Notes under the pieces: model-generated
Told to the model about the DNA's origin: nothing
Seen by the model: the letters and a program-made list of their open reading frames with translations, nothing else
Databases searched by the model: none
Shown: in pieces, positions 24,257 through 36,450 of the stretch
Numbering within the stretch: the first letter of the stretch is position 1
Layout: each line of letters starts with the position of its first letter
Assembly (NCBI GenBank): GCA_013416795.1
Contig: RQSC01000004.1
Coordinates: 161,464-207,778 of the forward strand
Direction of reading: 5' to 3'
DNA: 46,315 nucleotides
Origin: Prasinococcaceae sp. CCMP 1430
Lineage: Eukaryota > Plantae > Prasinodermophyta
Program-made: the position numbers and the translations under genes

Positions 24257-25789
24257 ATGGCGGCGCCCGAAGGCCCGGGCGGCGCAGCGGCGGATGCCTT
24301 CGTGGCGCGGTCGACGCGGACGCTGCGAGTCAACAACTGGGCGCTCGCGCGTGTGGTGGCGTTCTCGTTTTGCGTGTGGTTCAAGCCCTCGGAGGCATTC
24401 CTGTACACGTTCTACCGCGACAAGGGCTTCGACGCACCCACCGTCAACGACGACATTCTCGGCGTGTACTCGTGGGCGCACCTGCCCGCGCTTGTGGCGT
24501 GCGGCGTGCTCGCGGAGGTAGTGGGGTACAAGTCCGTCGTCGTGCTCGGCACAGCATGTGGCGTGTTCACGACCGCCACGGTGCTGCTGAGCGACCGGCT
24601 GGGCGTGCTCGTCGCGGGGCAGTGGGCCGTGTCGGCAGCGCTCGCGAGCCACGCGGCAATCTCAGCCCTCGCACTGCGGTGCGTCGCCCCAGAAAGTCAC
24701 AGTGTAGCGAGCGTCGCAGTCAAGACCGCCACGCTCACGGGACTGGGGTCGTCCGCGCTGTTGGGGCAGGCACTCGTGACGCTGCGCGACACGCAGCTGC
24801 GGACGCTCTTCCAAGTGAGCCTCATTGGACAGGTGCTCGCCTTGGTGCTCGCCTTCGTCTTGCCCTCGGCCAGGATCTCGGAGGCCAGCCTCAGGAATGA
24901 TCGAGCCGACAGCGAGAGCAGCGAGGGCGGCGGGCGCTGGCACGTCAGAGGGACGGCGCGCGCGAGCTTGGCGTGGTTGGGTCGCATGGCGTGCGACCTG
25001 TGGCGCATGCTGTGCGAGCCGATCGTGATGCTGTGGACTGTATGGGGCATCACAAACAGTGCGGTGCAGTCGCTGGTGATGACATACTGGCAGTCGCTGG
25101 TCTCGTTTGCGGGCAGGGGGAACGTCGGCAGCGGCGACGACGCCAGCCTTCGGAACGGCTACGCCTTGGCGGCAGCATACGCTGCGACGGGCATCGCGCT
25201 GCTTCTGGGTGGCTGCTCGGCGGCGGGCAAGCGCTCGGCAAAGCCATCAGGCTGGCCATGGCAGGTGGCTGCGCTCGTACTCAGCCCTGCGCTGGTTGGC
25301 GCGCTGCTGCTGGCCATGTCGGCGACGAGCACCACACTTGGCATCTACGCCGAACTTATGGGAAGCGAGGTCGTGCATCAGTGCGCGCAGGCCCTTGCGT
25401 CAGCGTCCGTGGCTGGGACACTCATTAGGCGGAGCGGAGCGCTCCCTGCGTTCCACGACGAGCGGCAACTGCTCTTGGTCAGTTCAACTTCAGACGGCAG
25501 CGACAACGGCAGCGAAGCCGGCAGCGAAGCCGGCATCGAGACGATCGGTGGAGGCAGGCTTGCCTTGCTGTTCACCATGACAGCAGCGTCGGCTGCGGCC
25601 GCCCAGATGGGCATGCTGCGTGGCCTGCGCGCGCTGAATGGCGACGACGGCATTGTGCGATGGTTCTCGACGCTTGGTTGCTTCCTTCTGGCCACCGCCG
25701 CGCTGCTGCTGGTCGCTGCGCTCCTGCTGCGCGCTCGGCTGCGTAGAGCCGCCTCGGACGCGGGTGCGCGCGCATTCGGTTCCTTCTGA
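24257..25789 (+). CDS. SLC19 (reduced folate / thiamine carrier) family MFS transporter
   Basis: Intronless 510-aa ORF with about 12 TM segments. N-terminal FKPSEAFL..F..DKGF....VNDDI..VYSW..L.......AE..GYKSVVVL matches the SLC19 signature RPSEPFL...YKPV, and YWQSL and NG motifs follow in the C-half. Confidence 0.8.
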   Translation: MAAPEGPGGAAADAFVARSTRTLRVNNWALARVVAFSFCVWFKPSEAFLYTFYRDKGFDAPTVNDDILGVYSWAHLPALVACGVLAEVVGYKSVVVLGTACGVFTTATVLLSDRLGVLVAGQWAVSAALASHAAISALALRCVAPESHSVASVAVKTATLTGLGSSALLGQALVTLRDTQLRTLFQVSLIGQVLALVLAFVLPSARISEASLRNDRADSESSEGGGRWHVRGTARASLAWLGRMACDLWRMLCEPIVMLWTVWGITNSAVQSLVMTYWQSLVSFAGRGNVGSGDDASLRNGYALAAAYAATGIALLLGGCSAAGKRSAKPSGWPWQVAALVLSPALVGALLLAMSATSTTLGIYAELMGSEVVHQCAQALASASVAGTLIRRSGALPAFHDERQLLLVSSTSDGSDNGSEAGSEAGIETIGGGRLALLFTMTAASAAAAQMGMLRGLRALNGDDGIVRWFSTLGCFLLATAALLLVAALLLRARLRRAASDAGARAFGSF

Positions 25790-25940
25790 GCTGGAGGCAA
25801 CCCCAGCTGTTGTATAACTGTGTACTGTACGGCATTTGTCCAATGTATGTCTCTCTCGCTCTCTCTTCTTGATCACCTCCGTCACTCGCACGCCCGTGCA
25901 CGCGCGCTCGTGCGCGCGTACTCGCAGACGCGCGCGTCAA

Positions 25941-26962
25941 TCAGTCCGCCGCGAGGTCGCACTCCGCCGCCGCGCCGAAGCACATCTGCTCGAACATTGC
26001 CGGCAGAACCTCCGGCATCTGGTCGGGATCCGCCGTAGGTGTGTACCACGCAACCACGCGCGCGCACGCCCCGGCAGCCCGGCTGCCACGGCTCCCGGCG
26101 TCGCTGCTGGTGCTCTGGCTCTGCTGCCCGTCGATCCCCTGCCTTGCAGCACTCGAACCCTGCGCCTCATTTCCACTTTTCTCAGGCGCGTTCGAGACGC
26201 TCACGCGGACTACGAGGTCCGCCAGTGCGAGCGGGCTGTCCGACACAAGGCCATACTCGTAGCGGCGGTGAGCGGCGTCCACGGCCCGCAGCAACTTCGC
26301 GCGCGAAGATAAGTCAGTTCGGCCGGTCCTGTCAGCGCTGCGCATGTATATCGATGTGCGAGGGGGCCGGGGAAATCGCAGGTCAAAGCGCATGCATGCG
26401 GAGGCAGCGCCGTCAAGACATCGCGCCGAGAGCAACGCGCTGTCGGCAGTCCGACGCGGCCGGCATCGCGCACCTCCAGCGAGCGGTAGCCGTGCGCGTC
26501 GCTGAGCACGCGCATATCTCCCGCGGTCGCTGGCGCATCGTCTCCACCAGTCACGCTCACCACTTGGAATGGGAACGCACGCGGAAAGTGCGCGCCATCC
26601 CACTGCGCGATGCGATTCCAGAGCTCGTCCGGCGGCAGCGCGAAGCACGCCTCGTAAGTGAGGCGTGCGCGCCCCGCCCCAGGGGGCGGCAAGGCCTCAG
26701 ACCAATAGGACACTGGTGGCGGCGGGTCGGCGAGCATCGCGCGGGCTTTCTCGCCCACGCGGGCGAGTGCAGCGCGTGCGGCGCCCGTGGCTCCGAGCAG
26801 CGGCGACGACGGCGTCGCGGGGTCACTGGCATCGGCGATGCAAACAAGGCGCCCTGCGCAGCGGGCGCCGCGCGCAGGCGCGCAGCGGGTGTCGCGCTTG
26901 CGACTCGAGCGGGACAAAAGCGGCGCCCGAGGCGGCGCTGCCGCCGTAGCCGTCACCGCCAT
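25941..26962 (-). CDS. SRPBCC/START-like (Polyketide_cyc2) protein with probable plastid transit peptide
   Basis: A/S/R-rich N-terminus, PPDELWNRIAQW, GDMRVL, then spliced E-LLRAVDAAHRRYEYGLV. Confidence 0.6.
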
Positions 26963-27548
26963 CGCCTGCAGCGGGGCCCTCGCGCGGTTACCGCCCCTCC
27001 TTCCTGAGCCGGCGCCGCGACGCCCCGCGCGTGTGCCCACCGCACAGCCGGCGACGCCGGGCCTCCCTCCGCTCCGCCCCGCGGCAGCGCGGCAGCGCGC
27101 TGCTGCAGCGCGACTCTTCCGGCCCGCGCCCGCACAACGTGTGGCGTGCATGTGCGCATGCAATGTCACCTCTAACTTCGACGTGACCAAAATTCGACGT
27201 GACATTGTCTCCGAGGCTCCTCTTCTGCACCGCGTCGATGTAGGGTCGGGGTCAAGAAATTGAAGATGTGTGCGACGCAGATATCGATCGGGCAGGCGCG
27301 TGACAGTCGCGCGGGTGGGCGGGCCGGCCTGACGCGGCGAGCCGTGGATTTGATTGGGCCCCGCGAAGAGGAGCCCCGACCGAACCCCACCCAACCCACC
27401 CTTCGGTCGGATTTGAACCGGGTTTGACACCGATCCGAACGGCGGGCGGAAGCGCGCGGGTCGCGCAGAGGCGCGCGATCGTTGCGATCGGTGTTTGTTC
27501 TCGCGCGCGCCACACGCGGAGCAGCGAGCGCGCGGGCGGCGCGCGCCG

Positions 27549-29133
27549 ATGCGCGACTGGAGCGGGCGCGGGCGCGCCGCACTCGGCGGCGGCGCTGCGT
27601 GACGCGCTCGTAGATGAGCGCGGCGCGTGCGTGCTCGCTGAGTTCTACGCGCCGTGGTGCGGCCACTGTAAGAAGCTGGCCCCCACGTGGGAAAAGCTCG
27701 CCGAGATCGCCGACAAGGCTAACGAGGAGCGTGCCCGCGGGGCAGCCGACGAGGCGGAAGGTGCGCGGGCGAAAAATGCCAGTGCACTCGTCCGCAGGTG
27801 TTGAACAGCCGCGGGAGGCGCGTGACAAGGACTGCCGCTGACCTGTCAAAACTGCACGCGCGCTCCCACTCGCGCGCGCGTGCGCACGCGCGCGGGCTGG
27901 TCTTCGACGCGCGCGGACGCGGGCGCCCGCCGCTGTCCACTGGAAGGCGGCGCGCTGGCACTGCGCGTTCTGCAGGTTGACGCCTCCGACGACGAGCTCA
28001 ATCCCGGCGTCGGTGCCGAGTTCGGCGTGACGGGCTTCCCCACCGTCCTCGGCTGGGCCGCTGATGTCGATGACGACTCCGCCGAGGCCTCGAAGCGAGG
28101 CGCGAGCAATGGTGTGCGCACTTTCAAGGGTGCCAAGCGTGATCTCGCGTCCCTGATTTCCTTCGCGAACGAGCTCTGCGGGTGGAATCTCGAGGCGCCC
28201 GCGGACTGGGTCCCACCGCAGCCCCCGGTGCCACCCGACGACGCGGCGGGCATGAAGTTCACTGGGGCCTTGCAGGGCTTTATGGTGGACCTCGAGCCCG
28301 CGCTGGCAGACGCGCTAGCAACGGCTTACCTGGACGCGCGTGCGGCGGCCGATGCGCCTCTGTCGCGTTGGATGCGCGTGGCCGAGTCGCACAGGGCGAT
28401 GCTGCGCGATGTGTCCTCAGGGTTGACCATGCTGCCTCGTGGCGTGCAGCCCAGTGCCGAAGAGGTGCGCGCGCTGAACGCACACCACGGCATCAACTAC
28501 CAGGCGGGCTCTGAGGTGGTCTCCACCGCGGGTGGCGTCCCCTTCACGCTGGTGGTGAACGTTCCACTGGGCAGCCCGCGCGCGCGCTCGGAGATCGAAA
28601 AGCTGGTCGAAATGTCCAAGGGTTACAAGGCCGGCGGCGTGCCAGCACGTATCACTGTGATCTCGTCCTCCGAGATGGGTGCCCCACTCACGTTCAAGGA
28701 AAGGATGGTGTGCGGCGCCGCCGGCGTGGCGGTCGCGGTATTCGATGGCGACGGCGGCGAGGAGCTCTGGCAGTCCGTCTTCGCGGGCCAAGGCGTGAAG
28801 TTTATGGAGGCGTGGCTCGTCAGGCCCGACGGCCTCGTCTTCTGGCGCGGCCACACGGGCATTCTCGGCGACCTCATGAATATCGAGCGGTCCTACCCGG
28901 TTAAGGGCGACGCTGTTAAGAAGGCCGTCGAGGTGCTCACGGCGAATCCCGCGTACGACGGCACGTACGACGTCCCTGCGGATCCGATCGCGCTGCTCGC
29001 GAAAGCCGGCATTGAGGTCGACGCCGACGGGTTGGTCGACAGGGGCGGCGCAAGTGCGGGCTCGTGCGGGGCGGGCGCGCCAGAACAAGAGAGCGCGACG
29101 TGCGGCGGCCACGGAGCGAAGGACGAGCTCTGA
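27549..29133 (+). CDS. PDI-like thioredoxin (WCGHC) ER protein with an extra C-terminal domain and KDEL; start unresolved
   Basis: [24 protein letters not shown], intron 27761-27946, [12 protein letters not shown], later [14 protein letters not shown] and terminal KDEL. The nearest ATG (27549) is out of frame. Confidence 0.85.
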
Positions 29134-29340
29134 GCAGCGGGTCGTATCCACCCTCGAATCACCGCTCTCGCAACGCGCGAGCGGAGGCCGGGCTAGAAGG
29201 AACCCTCAACGGCGAAAAGTATTATTTATACAAAAACATGGGGATGATCTGGAGATACCGATGTCGCTTGGGTCTGCGCGGCGCACGCGCGCGCGCGCTC
29301 GCCCTCGTGCCATGCCGGTCGCAGCCTGGCCAGCCTGTGT

Positions 29341-30177
29341 CTACGCCTCGCCCTTGCCAGTCCACTCGGCGACGAAGTGCGCGGCGCCAGGGCATGCGGC
29401 ATCCTCCAGTAGCCCCGCGAGCCTGGTGACCTCATCCTCAGTCCAGGCGCCGCCGTCACGCGCAGCGACGACGCACATGAGCTCGTGTGCGGCCTGCAGC
29501 GCCGCTGCCTCGGGCTCCGGCTGCGTGGCGAGCTCGCCCTCCTCGGCGGCCCTCTCGGCGGCGATGCGCTCAAGCACGCCCTCAGCGGTGACCTCTTCGG
29601 CCGAGCCGTACTGCGCGAGCTCCGCGACACGTCGGAACTCGGAGCCACCGAGCGACCACCACGGCAGGCGCAGCGCCGCGCGCGCCATGTCGCGCGCCTC
29701 GAGCGGCCGGTCGTGCTCAGCGCACACCTCGGCGAGGAACGCGTACGGCCGCGCGAAGCCGGGGAACCACATGCGCTTGGTGGGCAGCTCGGCGGCCGTC
29801 AGGCCGGAGATCTCGTCGCCGCGCGCGAAATGGCCGCGCGCGAGGCCCTCGATGGCGTCGGGGAACTTGCCCACGTGGCGCGTGAGGTAGGCGTCCATGT
29901 GCGGCAGCGCGGCCGCGGCGACGTCGCCCGCGGCGTAGAGCTGCGCGGCGTCGGCGCCCGCGGCGGCCGTAGCGGCGGCGTACGNNNNNNNNNNNNNNNN
30001 NNNNNNNNNNNNNNNNNNNNNNNNNNNNNNNNNNNNNNNNNNNNNNNNNNNNNNNNNNNNNNNNNNNNNNNNNNNNNNNNNNNNNNNNNNNNNNNNNNNN
30101 NNNNNNNNNNNNNNNNNNNNNNNNNNNNNNNNNNNNNNNNNNNNNNNNNNNNNNNNNNNNNNNNNNNNNNNNGCCAT
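29341..30177 (-). CDS. PAB: PROTEIN IN CHLOROPLAST ATPASE BIOGENESIS homolog (middle lost in gap)
   Basis: DAYLTRHVGKFPDAIE....HF.RGD..S......FPGFARPYAF.A......R.LEARD.AR.AL..PWWSLG. Confidence 0.85.
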   Translation of the reverse strand: MXXXXXXXXXXXXXXXXXXXXXXXXXXXXXXXXXXXXXXXXXXXXXXXXXXXXXXXXXXXXXXXXYAAATAAAGADAAQLYAAGDVAAAALPHMDAYLTRHVGKFPDAIEGLARGHFARGDEISGLTAAELPTKRMWFPGFARPYAFLAEVCAEHDRPLEARDMARAALRLPWWSLGGSEFRRVAELAQYGSAEEVTAEGVLERIAAERAAEEGELATQPEPEAAALQAAHELMCVVAARDGGAWTEDEVTRLAGLLEDAACPGAAHFVAEWTGKGEA

Positions 30178-30635
30178 CTCCTCCCCCGCCGGTGCCGCCA
30201 GGGAGCGCCCAGCGCGATCCGTGTGGCCCCCTGCCGCCGCGTCTCCCGGCGGCGGCCACGCCCGCGACGCCCGGCCAGCCGCCGCCGACACAACGCAATC
30301 ATCGCAATCCGACGCCACCCACCGACCAAAGGCACAGCCAAACACGCCGGATGGCGCCGGGACTAAGACATGCGATGGACGGGGCCCGGCCGGGATGTGC
30401 CTGGCTGGCTGCGGAAGAGAGAGGCGGAAGAGAGAGGGGGCGCGTGCCGACAGCGCGCGCGCGCGCCGCGCGCCGCCGCCAGCCAACGATCCCACCACAC
30501 ACATCGATCGATCGATGCCAAGCAAAAGTCCCATCGGACTCAGCTCAGCTCAGCTCAGATCAGATCGGGGGTTTTTAATGGCATATTCAGCCTCGGTTAA
30601 TATGGGTTATCGGGACAGAGGAGGGTCTGCACACG

Positions 30636-31440
30636 AGCGCGTGTGGAATTGCAGTGTTGGCCGGTCGTTCCCCGAGCGCGTTCCCTGAACGCACCTGGGC
30701 GGCCAAAAATCAAAATATCTGGCGCAGGAGGCGCGCGCGCGGCGTGTGCCACTCTTGTTGCTTTGCGCGCTGTCGCGCGCACAGCAACCCCCGCGGCGTG
30801 AGCGCCGCGAGAGTCACCTACGGTGAGGGTGGGAGGAGCGCGAGCGCTCCAAGCACCAGGGAGGGGCGCGATCGCCGGTCGCGAGCCCTCGCCCACGGTC
30901 CGCGCGCGCGCGCGCGAATCTGGGAACTGAATGACGCTGGCTGAGGAGTTGGCTCAGGCGCGCGAGCGGATCGCTGAATTGGAAGCTGCGATCGAGTCGC
31001 CCGACGCGGAGGACGGCCCGGACGCCTTGGACGCCTCGGACAAGGGCGCCGAGGAACGGGTGTACGTGATACCGTCCGACTACCCGGGGCATCGCCACGC
31101 TCGGGACTTCCCGGTAGGAGAGGGATCGGACGAGGGGCTGCCGGTGGCTCTCCCACTGAAGGACGACGAGGTGGCGCGTGAATATCGCGTGCGCAACGCC
31201 AAGCAGGCTAGTTACTTGTACAGGCGCCGCGTGTCTGCGTGGTGGCCGCGTTCGATCGGGGAGAGTCGCTAACCTCGTCGGATCGTCGCTACTAGCGCGT
31301 GTGGAATTGCAGTGTTGGCCGGTCGTTCCCCGAGCGCGTTCCCTGAACGCACCTGGGCGGCCAAAAATCAAAATATCTGGCGCAGGAGGCGCGCGCGCGG
31401 CGTGTGCCACTCTTGTTGCTTTGCGCGCTGTCGCGCGCAC
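30636..31440 (+). mobile_element. Putative non-autonomous retroelement-like unit: two identical 147-bp direct repeats around a small ORF
   Basis: 30636-30782 equals 31294-31440 (offset 658). The flanks are relatively AT-rich. No TSD, PBS or PPT identified. Confidence 0.55.
30931..31272 (+). CDS. 113-aa acidic coiled-coil-start ORF inside the direct-repeat element (possibly truncated ORF1/gag-like)
   Basis: ATG-initiated MTLAEELAQARERIAELEAAIES... with coding-like codon use. It ends 21 bp before the second repeat. Confidence 0.45.
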   Translation: MTLAEELAQARERIAELEAAIESPDAEDGPDALDASDKGAEERVYVIPSDYPGHRHARDFPVGEGSDEGLPVALPLKDDEVAREYRVRNAKQASYLYRRRVSAWWPRSIGESR

Positions 31441-32034
31441 CCACCCACCCAACCCGGTCTATTTTGCGTAGGCCTGGGTCAAAGCTTAGTTTTCAGGTTT
31501 TAAAGGGTTTCAACCCCTTCACCGTAAGATGTGACTTTAAAGGCAACACGAGACCCCCTCAAGATAACTCTGTCATTTCCCAATCCGGGAACCATTTGGT
31601 TTGGTTGGGATTTGTTGTGTCCTGGAAGCGGGGCTGCTGCGGCGACGCTTGCTGAGTGGTCTGGCTGGGGCTGGATGGATTCTGAGATGGAATCTGGGGG
31701 CGTCGCCGCGCGCTCGCTCGCGACGCTCGCGCGTTTGTGCAGGCGTTACATGGAGAATCGAGACTTTGTTTTCGTTTTCGTTTTCGTTTTCGACATCCCA
31801 TCAGACGCCTGCCAGGCGCCGCGCGGTGGCGGGAAAACGCGAGACGAAACGCCGCGCGCGCTTCCAATGCCGTTACCCGAGGACAGTGCGCCGGGCGCAC
31901 GCTCGGGCGGGGCGGGCGGGGCGACAGCAGGGGGGGGAGGCGGCACACGTCGCGCAGGGGAGCGCAGCGAGGCGGCTGGACGAGCGCGCGGGCGTGCGCG
32001 GCGTGCCGCGTCGCCAGCCAGCACCCCACCCACC

Positions 32035-32990
32035 ATGTCGCAACCGCAGGCCGCGCCGGTGGCGTGCAGCGCCTTCTACGGGCGGTCGTACCCGGCGCCG
32101 TATGTCGCGCCTGACGGCTCTGTGCGCGCCGCCTACGGCGGCGTGATTGGCCCGCTCGCCGCCTGGGCCGGTCGCGCGGCCTTCGGACGCGGTGGCTACG
32201 CCGCCGACGTGGCGAGTGCCAAGGTGCACGGAGGCGCAGGCGCGCTGCTGGGCGGCGTGCGCGCGCGCACGCTGAGCGGCGCTGCGCCGCTGAGGCGCGC
32301 ACGTGCCATCGACACGCTCGCCAAGGCGCGGGCGGTGCGCGCGGGCCGCGTGTACAAGAAGGCGCCCGGCGGAGCAGGGAAGTCCAAGGCCGCGCAGACG
32401 CCGCGCAGCAAGGCCGAGGAGCTCAAGGTACGAACCGGCGCCCCTGCCCGCACTACTAGACTCGCATGCGCGACGCACTCGCAGCTGGCCCTGCGCAGCT
32501 CGTCGCGCGCTACCGAGCGTGGCGCATCACGCTGATACGATTCTACGCGGTTCGGCATTGACGCGTCGCTACTGCGCCAATCGTGTGCGTGCGTATCCCA
32601 CAGGCGCGCGTGATCGCGCAGGCAACCAAGAGCATGGCCATCGCAAAGGCCGGCACCAAGACCAAGGCCAAGGCCGCTGCGAGCAAGGGGAAAAAGATCG
32701 CAAAGGCCGCAAAAGCGTCCAAAGCCAAGGGCAAGGGCAAGAGCAAGGCCGCCGCCCGCCTCGACTTCCAAGTCGTGCTTCCTGGACCCTTCTCTGGCGA
32801 GGACAGCATCGAGCTCGACGATGACGTCACTGACAGCGATGCGGAGGAGCTCGGCAGTGGTCCGCGCGGCCGGCCGGCACCGCGGGCCAGCAAAGCTGCC
32901 AGCAAGGCAGCTGGCAAGCGCCTCACGGAGAAGATGCAGGCAGCACGCAGGGGTACGAAGGTCGGCAAAATGCAGGGCAAGAAGAAGTGA
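32035..32990 (+). CDS. Basic Lys/Ala-rich protein with histone H1-like tail, unknown function
   Basis: Two exons joined at AAG|GTACGA..CACAG. AKAGTKTKAKAAASKGKKIAKAAKASKAKGK plus an acidic patch. Confidence 0.65.
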
Positions 32991-33221
32991 GCATCGATCA
33001 ATCCTCAGCGCGCCGCCCGCTCCTTCTCGAGGACGCGTGCGCACACGCGCACATGCATTGCCAATCGAGCGCGGTGCTACACAGAGGCAGTGACCAAATG
33101 CGTCACGCTGTAAGAGAAGCCAACGTATGTTACTTTAGCGCCCGGTCACATTGCCAGCCGCGCGCGTGCGCGCTCGTGTGCGCGCATTCCAGTGTTTGTA
33201 TATATACCGAGCGCACGCGCC

Positions 33222-34923
<1,702 letters not shown>

Positions 34924-35252
34924 CGCCTAGGCAATGCTGCGCGCCGCCGGGGCCCTGCGCTCCCACAGCTGCGAGCGCGCGCGTACGCCCCACAGCAACG
35001 CGCGCTGTCTGGCACACAGTCCGTGTGTTGGGTGCGGAATATTTTGTGTGTGTGCACTCCGTGCGCGATAGTGCACGGGGGGATCGGGCGCAACACCCAC
35101 GCGCGCGCGCGCGCCGTGTGCCGCTCGCGTGCCACAGTGTGTGCAGCGGAGCGTAGTGCAGTGACGCGCGTGTGCGCGCGCGTGGGGTGGGTGGGTGGGT
35201 GGGGCAGGTGGTGTTGGGTGGGCCGGGGTGGTGGTCGGGAGGGGCGCGCGCA

Positions 35253-36256
35253 ATGTGCGCACACGCGAGAAGCGGCGCGCTCGACGCCCTCGAGGACGAG
35301 CTGGTGCTGAGGGTGCTCGCTGCGCTCGACCCGCTGCCTGACAGGTTCGCGTCGGCGGCCACATGCCGCCGCCTGCGGCGCCTCGCGGCGGACCCGCGCC
35401 TGCTAATGCACGTTTCGCCTGCAGGTCAGGGCTCCGACCGCAGCGGTTGGCGCAGGCAGTGGGCATGCGTGCGCGCGGCTGTACGCGCAGCGCGGGCGGG
35501 TGAGACGATCGTGCTCGGAGCTGGTGAACATTGCGTGGGCGACGGGCTTGCTGTCGACCGGCCGCTGAGGTTGACACGTGCGCACGGCAGGTGAGTGCCG
35601 TCAAAGGAGGAGAGGAGCATTCGCTCCCTCGCACCCTCGCACCCTCGCACCCTCGCTCCCTCGCTCGCTTGCTCGCGCGTGCGCGTGCCCGCGTTCCCTT
35701 CTGACACACACGGCGCCGACTGTTGGCGCATAGTGGCGCGGCTACGTTGGTGGCAACGAACGGCGCGGACGTCGTGCACGTGTCGGCCGCCGCCGCGCGC
35801 ATGGACGGCCTCGAGCTACGCGCACGTGGCGGCGGCGCGTGCATCGCCTGGCACGCTGCGGGCGCTTTGCGCGTCGCTGACTGCACGCTCCGCTGCGAGC
35901 CGCCACCGCTCGCGCACCTGGCAGAGGCCGTCAGATGTGGGACGCGCTCGTTGGGCCCGAAGCGAAAGCGCACGGCAGCCGGCGGCCGCAGCGACCGCGA
36001 AAGAGCGCCCGCACCTGAGTGCCATGTGCCAACGCGCGCCCCCGAGCGTGCACACAAGCACGGGCCAACGAACCCCTCTTCAGCGCGACTTGAGTTGCGA
36101 GGGACCCGTATTGTGGGGGGTCCGCGCGCTGTGCGCGTGGGGCCGGGCGGGGCGCTGCGCAACGTGCGCACACACGCTGGTGTCTACGCGTTCGATGTGC
36201 ACTACGCGCGCCCGGCCGTGCCAGGAGGAGGAGCGACTGCGCGCGTGGCGGCATGA
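35253..36256 (+). CDS. F-box protein SKIP5-like (F-box + beta-helix)
   Basis: LEDELVLRVLAALDPLPDRF..AATCRR....DPRL, AAVRAARAGETIVL and DCTLRCEPPPLAHL; one intron after 35590. Confidence 0.8.
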
Positions 36257-36450
36257 GGCACCCACGCGTTGTTTCAGCATGTGTTCGCGCGTACTCTCGG
36301 ACGTAATCTCATATAGGTGCACGCACCCAGGTGCACGCACCCACTGTGCGCGCGCGCGTGCGCTTGCTAGAGGCTCCTCATGTGTTCGTGCAAAGCAGAG
36401 CATCATACGTGTGCGCAACAAGTGTGCGCGCGACGTCGAGAAAGCGCAGC

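Noticed and set aside
23880-25900. TPP riboswitch next to the SLC19 carrier
   Set aside because: No CTGAGA...ACCTGAT core arrangement was seen in either flank.
27796-27845. In-frame TGA after the WCGHC exon, suggesting a selenoprotein
   Set aside because: The TGA lies inside intron 27761-27946. The spliced frame is open and the active site is ordinary CGHC.
30640-30651. GTGTGGAATTG resembling lac promoter/operator vector sequence
   Set aside because: The match stops before TGAGCGGATAAC and is part of the 147-bp repeat.
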